A stretch of 64,000 nt of DNA. It comes from the human T2T-CHM13v2.0 reference genome, Homo sapiens. The stretch lies in assembly GCF_009914755.1 (NCBI RefSeq), contig NC_060935.1; one strand, given 5' to 3'. Shown here one piece after another: positions 57,958 to 64,000 of the stretch. Position 1 is the first letter of the stretch. Each line of letters begins with the position of its first letter. The notes under the pieces were generated by a model. That model searched no databases and was not told where the DNA came from. It saw only the letters and a program-made list of their open reading frames with translations. Made by a program: the position numbers and the translations under genes.

Positions 57958-58686
57958 TTGTTGGGCTCCATAGCATCAGCTGACTACTTAACCAATACAG
58001 ATGCATTTCAACATTTAACAACTGGAACTGCTGTGCCACTGCACAAAAATCAGCCCCAAACACAACTGATGAGGCTTCAAAAATAGAAGCATTATTCGTA
58101 ACTTAACTTTCTCATTTAGCTAGTTAAAATGTTCTAATTTCTTTGTTTACTCATTTGTTGTAGACACTGAGATTTGGCTCCTGGTTTTACTGCCTCTTCA
58201 TTGAAATGGCTGACCCCTAAGACCCCAAGATACCATGAGGTATCTCATGGTTTAAAATACCAAGAATTCTCAAATGCAGTTGGCAAGGTGTCTACGAGAT
58301 ATCATAGATTGATTCAAAGTTTTAAAAGGGAAAAAGAAACTTGTTTATTTTACAGTCTCTCCCCAGCATAAGTGATGGCTCCAGGCATAATTGGAAACAA
58401 CTGGAATCAAATTGGATCAGTTCCCCCAAACAAGCAATCCCAAAGATAAGCAGATAATAAGAAACATAGTAAAGAATTATAGGCTCAGAGCTCAGAAAAA
58501 GCAGAGTTTTAAAAAGATTCCAGAAATCTTTCAGGAACTCTGGAAAAGGGAGCTGAAAATATGCTTTTAATTGACATTGGAAAGAAATAAAATTATTCGC
58601 TCCTTCCGCCCCTGCCTTTTTTCATTAAAATGTTGAAGATAGATAGAGATTGTTCTTCAAGAGCATGAATTATTCTCAGGAATAAC

Positions 58687-58785
58687 CTGTATTATTTCCA
58701 AAAACAATTACAATAAGAAACATATATTTATTCTCTGTATTATTTCCAAAAACAACTACACTAAAAAATATATATTTATTCTCTG
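58687..58785. repeat. 48-bp tandem duplication
   Basis: ctgtattatttccaaaaacaa...atatatttattct at 58687 and 58735, 4 mismatches. Confidence 0.93.
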
Positions 58786-59817
58786 GAAAACTCAGTAGTC
58801 TATGCAGCTCAATTCACTTACCAGGAGAGAGTACGGTAAGCTTTCATCTAAACAGTTTTAAGCTCTTCTAAGAGATCTTCCAATTCCAAGTAGTTAAGAA
58901 AGAAGTGTGCCGAGGGTTTCCCAATTATTACCTGTGCCTCAGTATTGAATCATCAAGTCAGCAAAAAGTTCAATATTCAATTTAGGAAACATAAAGAAAA
59001 GAAATTGAAGAAAAAAGAGGAGAACAAAGAGGAGAAACAACTGAAGATAAAAACGGTGTCCAGTTGTTAAGTATCCCTTCATGAAATTACTAGGAAACCA
59101 TTCACAAACCATACAGAGATTAGGTAATTCAGGACATTATGTTTTATCAAGGACAAATCAAGCAACTGAGTGATGGTAGAATTAAAAGAGATTAGAGAGC
59201 TGAAGGCAAGACCTTTAGCTAAGACATGTAGAGATAGAGACATATAATTAACCTGATCACCATGAGCCAAATAAAAAAGGTACAGGAGTCTGCTTGCAAT
59301 AGAAGAGCAGAAAACGAATAGGAACCACTTTGTCATCAGCTGCTCAAGCAACATTTAGCATCAAAAACAATTTGCTATATGAATAGGCAAACCTGAGGTC
59401 AACATATAGGTATTACGTTATTGATAATACTTGCATGATTAATACTTGTTCAACTACTGAGAACAGCAAACGAATAATTTTCAAAAGTTACTTCATGCCC
59501 CACTAGATTTATTGTTAATATATTACATTATATTATAAAATAATGCAGTATCATTTAAAATTAAAATCTCTTTATTTAAAACAACTTCCTCTGGGAAGAT
59601 AGCCTAGAGAATAGTACAAAAAAAAATATTATGTTTATGAAAACATTCATCATAGTTTGATTTAAATAGTATAACAGTATAATTTTAAAAAGTAAAGCAA
59701 TCTAGAAAATATTATACTGAAATGACCAAGAAATGTATGTACATCAATTGAATAAAATATGATGTAGACACAAAATCACAGCAAAAAGATGAAATAAAAA
59801 TTAAAAAGCTACGTAAC

Positions 59818-59882
59818 AACAGTTTTGCTAACTACATAGCAATTATTAAAAGGAACAGTTTTGCTAACTACATAGCAATTAT
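59818..59882. repeat. 36-bp-period tandem duplication
   Basis: aacagttttgctaactacatagcaattat identical at 59818 and 59854. Confidence 0.95.
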
Positions 59883-60956
59883 AAAGAGGTAGAATAAAGA
59901 CGCACAGGGAAAAAGGAGTTAGAGATAATTAGGATAACAAAATATCTCTTTTTCTTCTTTTCTCTATTTTACATATTGAAAACATAATATAGTAATATTA
60001 TAGTAAAAAAATTAAAATAACTTCTTGGGCCTTAATTACAAGAGTTGAAACTCTATTTTATGATCCCATGCCATCATGGCTACATGTGATCATTATATTA
60101 CTATATATTACATTTTATTACTATCATGACATAAACATACTTCAATAGTGCTTTTTTAAAAATCTGAAAGCAATTGCACAGCATCCACAAAAGCAAAGTA
60201 GCAAATGATGTACCTACCAGAAAAAGGCAGTGATACTATGCTCGGAGAAAAACACAATTCAAACCTAGATTATTAATACAGTAATCTCCTCTTAACCTCA
60301 GTTTCACTTTTGGTGGCTTCTTTCAGTTACTGTGGTCAACTGTGGTCCAAAAATAGGCAAGTACCATTCAATAAGATATTTTGAGAGACAGAGACCACAT
60401 TCTCATAACTTTTATTACACTATACTGTTATAATTGTTCTATTTTATTATTAGCTATAGTTGTTAATCTCTTACTGTGTCTAATTTATCATAGGTTGTAT
60501 GCATAGGACAAAAACATACTATATAGAAAGTTCAGTACTATCTGCAGTTGCAAGGATCCACTGGGGGTCCTGGAATGTATCCTCCTCCGATACAAGTAAA
60601 CGTTGTATCTGAATGCTGTATGTTACAATTATAAAGAGGTAGGATAAAGATGCATAGCGAAAAAGGAGCTGGAGAGAATTCGGATAACTAAACACATTTT
60701 TTTCCTCTTGTCTCTATTTTACATACTAAAAACACAATATAGTAATGTTATAGTAAAAAAATATTTAATATAACTTCTTGGGCCTTAATTACAAGAGTTG
60801 TTACTCTTTTTCATTGTAATCCCATGCTGTCATGGCTACATGTGATCACTATATTACTACATATTATATTACTTTATATCAATATCATGAGATAAACATA
60901 TTTCAATTAGCACTTTTTAAAATATGGATAAACAATTGCACAGCCTCCACAAAAGC
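59876..60956 (+). repeat. Diverged ~320-bp direct repeat (59876-60194 and 60626-60956)
   Basis: Shared blocks caattataaagaggtag, taacttcttgggccttaattacaagagttg, tcatggctacatgtgatca, caattgcacagc.tccacaaaagc. Confidence 0.92.
60279..60605 (+). mobile_element. MER44A-like (Tigger7) DNA transposon fossil
   Basis: 'ggtcaactgtggtccaaaaatagg...gagaccacattc...ttcagtactatctgcag...ccactgggggtc'; TA on both flanks. Confidence 0.85.
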
Positions 60957-62664
60957 CATGGTAAATAATTTGGTCAGCTTCATCAATATAAAGGCACAAT
61001 TGGAATACTCCCAGAGCATCTTACAAATTGCTGGAATGCGTGGAGCACATCCCATCCCCTTGAGTCTCCAATGTCCTTAAGTAGCCTAAGCCTGGCTAAG
61101 GATGAAGCTTATTTTCCACTAGCGTGAATACAATTCAAGACTCTTTTTTTTTGGTTGTATATGAGTCTCTTTTAAAATACTTCACAGAGATAAGAAGCAT
61201 TCATTAAGCACTTTATCCACCAAAGAATGAATGTCTTGAATTTTACAAACAACATACGTGGCCAAGACTACAAAAACAGACAACTGCTTCTTCCACACAC
61301 TCCATTGCTACATGATCTCCATTTCGAAAACAGAACAGGAAAAAAAATTGCAACTGTCTATACCTTTCTTCTCTGAGAATCTGACAAATAACAGAAATAT
61401 GACAAAAGCTTTAAGCACAATCATGTTCATAAAACTAGTAGTCATGGATGATGGGAAACTTCTATGACCATGTCTGTCCATCAGCTAACTCTTAGCTAGC
61501 TGCATTTACCTCCTAGGCATCCCTGAAAATTAACAAATTATTAAAATGTGCTGATATTAGCAGGCTAATGATAAAAATTATAAGATAATAGGTTTGTTGT
61601 ACAGCCTCTGGCACAAATACATAAAAGGCAAATTTTCCTTATTCATGATTAATCCAGCTTTGAACTTCTTGTACTTGTTATCTGTTAGTTAGAATACCAA
61701 GAATTACCTATAATTAGGACTTGATTGGATGAATAGCAAAAATTAAAATAAAAAATTCTTTTTTTTAACAGCAAAACCTCTATACTGATGTACTTCATCC
61801 CCAATTTTTTATTTGACCATACACTACTAATTAACAGCTGGCAACTAGCATGGTTTAAAAGACAGAGCTATGGAATCATTCAGCTTGCTAAGAACCTAGA
61901 CTTTTTTATGAAATTGAATCACTTAAGATGTCTGTACTTTCCATTATATACCCTGGGGTTGTCTCTAATACTTTCCTTGAATACTTGCAATGGAACCATC
62001 TTTCTGGTAAAAGTTTTACTGTAAAATGCTTTTAATACTATTCTATGGAGAGCAACAGGTTTACTTCTCCACAGCAGTCAGGTTTTGATAAATAGTATGA
62101 CCAGGCTGTAATAAATAGTGAAATAATGTGCTTGAAACTTAAAAAACAAAAAAACATGATTACTGAAAAATTGCTCTAAATAGCCAGTGAAAAGAGGAAT
62201 TTTGTCTTATGTGTTAATATCTCAGGGGTCAATCTGTACAAATTATTCCTATTTTTAATGTAAATGTTAATACTTCTAATAGAAGTAATTAATAATCATT
62301 TAGTGCCATGTGAACCATCCATTTGACTACAGAAAAAGAAAAACTTAAAGCCAAATTATAAGATTAAGATCTAAAATCAAGGTTAAAGATATTTAACTTT
62401 TATTATTCAAATAGGAACATAAAAAGGTATTTTCTTCTGAAAATAGAACTGATCTTTAGGGATATAGACTTAAAACTGTCAAATTATTTTCACAACATTC
62501 ACACATAGCCTGTTAGGTTATTTAGTATGCTAAAAAACAAAAAACAGGCATTTAATAGGTTAATATTACATAATATAAATGTATTTTAAATATCAGAAAT
62601 GTGATCTATACAGTGTAATATCACATTTCTAAATTACATTTCTAGTTAGATGTAGAAAATACTA

Positions 62665-62948
62665 ATTTTTATTATATACTGACAAATTATAGTTGCATAT
62701 ATTTATGGAATATAAAGTAATGTTAAGATTTTTTAATACAATGATTAAATCAAGCTAATTAACCTGTCCATTACCTAGAATATTTAACATTTTTGTAATA
62801 AGAACATTTGAAATTTATTCTCTTAACGTTACTGAAATGTACAGTACTCAAATATTAGCTATATTCACCATTCTGTGGAATTAATCTCAAAAAAAGTCAA
62901 ACTCATTCCTCCTATCTGAGCCTTTGTACCCTTTGACTGACATATTTC
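62665..62948 (-). mobile_element. L1MA-type 3' end
   Basis: 'attaaatcaagctaattaac', 'agaacatttgaaatttattctctta', 'ttgtaccctttgac'. Confidence 0.8.
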
Positions 62949-63279
62949 AAGTGTATTTGACATCCACTGAAGAACTTATGAGTTAATCACACAGAACATT
63001 CTAGGATCCATTAGAAAATCTAAATAAATATATGGCCTTTGGTCTCTTTCAGAAAATGTAAATAAATATATGGCCTTCCATTTTCACTTTCCAGTGTGTA
63101 AAAAAATTGTAAGTCATTTCCTTCTTCATATAGTAATAATGAGCAACTCAGTTATTTGTCTAAAAATCTTCAAATAGTAACTATGTGTCAGCTGATTTAG
63201 GCTAACATACATTTTCAAGTTTGCAAATACATTTCGTGAAAAATTGTGAAGGAAAAAAGTTATTCATTTTAAGATAGAA

Positions 63280-63963
63280 AAATCATGGTTTCATTTGCAT
63301 TTTTAATACAGAATGTCATATTTCTAAAGCAGAAGAAATAGTTGCAGTTTGCCGAAGTAAAACTAAATATCCCACAAGATAATGGTTTTACAATTAAAGG
63401 TATTTCCTTGACAGAATAGATAGCAATTTAAAAATGCCCAAAGTTAAAGAGAATCCAGGATCTGTCTGCTTCTAATGGCTTTAATGAAGCAGAATTGAAT
63501 CAATGGCTTCACAATGCCAGACAATCATCTTGGCTTTTTTTTTTTTTTCTTTCTTCACTGACTCCACCAATTGTTTTGGCTTCCAGTAGAAGCAGCTTCA
63601 ATTAAAGATAATGGTTGTTTGGCTTGAATGAAGACTAAAGGCCAGGGACTCTAATATAAGTCCTGAAACACTCAGAAAACAAACAAGGTGGTTTTTAAAA
63701 TACATTTCATAGAAGTTCAAGTTGTTCTTAAGAAATTAAAGCTAGTTGGAGAGAGCTAAAAATGTTATTACAACTGCATTTCAAATGGTAAAGCCTTAAC
63801 TTTAACTTAATGTTCAGACATTATCTTGAAAGCAAACGGAAACCTGAGCAAACACCTCTTGAAATCAATCGATGCAGATAGATGGCACCTCGGAAAAATC
63901 CCTAAAGTTGGCCTCAACTGTCCTGACTTAGCCATGTAATGAATGCAATTCCATCTGATTTGC
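63280..63963 (-). other. Candidate terminal exon and 3'UTR of an unidentified minus-strand gene
   Basis: Acceptor-like ttctttttgtggatattcctactacctag|G at 63964/63963, a short phase-0 frame ANQMELHSLHG*, repeat-free AT-rich downstream sequence, ATTAAA at 63307-63302 followed by a T-rich tract. Motif-level evidence only. Confidence 0.3.
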
Positions 63964-64000
63964 CTAGGTAGTAGGAATATCCACAAAAAGAACAAACCTT

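Noticed and set aside
57578-58063. 161-aa minus-strand ORF
   Set aside because: Mostly the antisense strand of an MLT1 LTR.

Overview
AT-rich primate genomic DNA, almost certainly human because it carries an AluYb8 with its diagnostic 7-bp duplication. It looks intergenic or intronic and is dominated by interspersed repeats. No intact protein-coding gene, RNA gene or CRISPR array is supported; the listed ORFs are repeat-derived or chance. Repeats include a 5'-intact but 3'-truncated old primate L1 (~13630-19937), eight Alu/FLAM copies, solo LTRs (LTR12, MLT1, LTR47-like, MLT2A, LTR8-like, LTR33-like, THE1, MST), MIR, L2, L1M and DNA-transposon fossils, and microsatellites. The most striking structure is a rearranged HERV-H provirus (37274-41411) bounded by a perfect 5-bp target-site duplication (TGCTC). 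A complete LTR7 lies on the minus strand, back-to-back with a plus-strand half-LTR followed by PBS(His)-gag-pro-pol. The element ends inside pol at a CCTGACA that is identical to the inverted LTR terminus. One U3 is therefore shared by two divergent R-U5 segments, and the internal region has no downstream LTR. A possible minus-strand terminal exon and 3' UTR lies at the far right end. Repeat subfamily names come from recalled consensus sequences, not from a database search.
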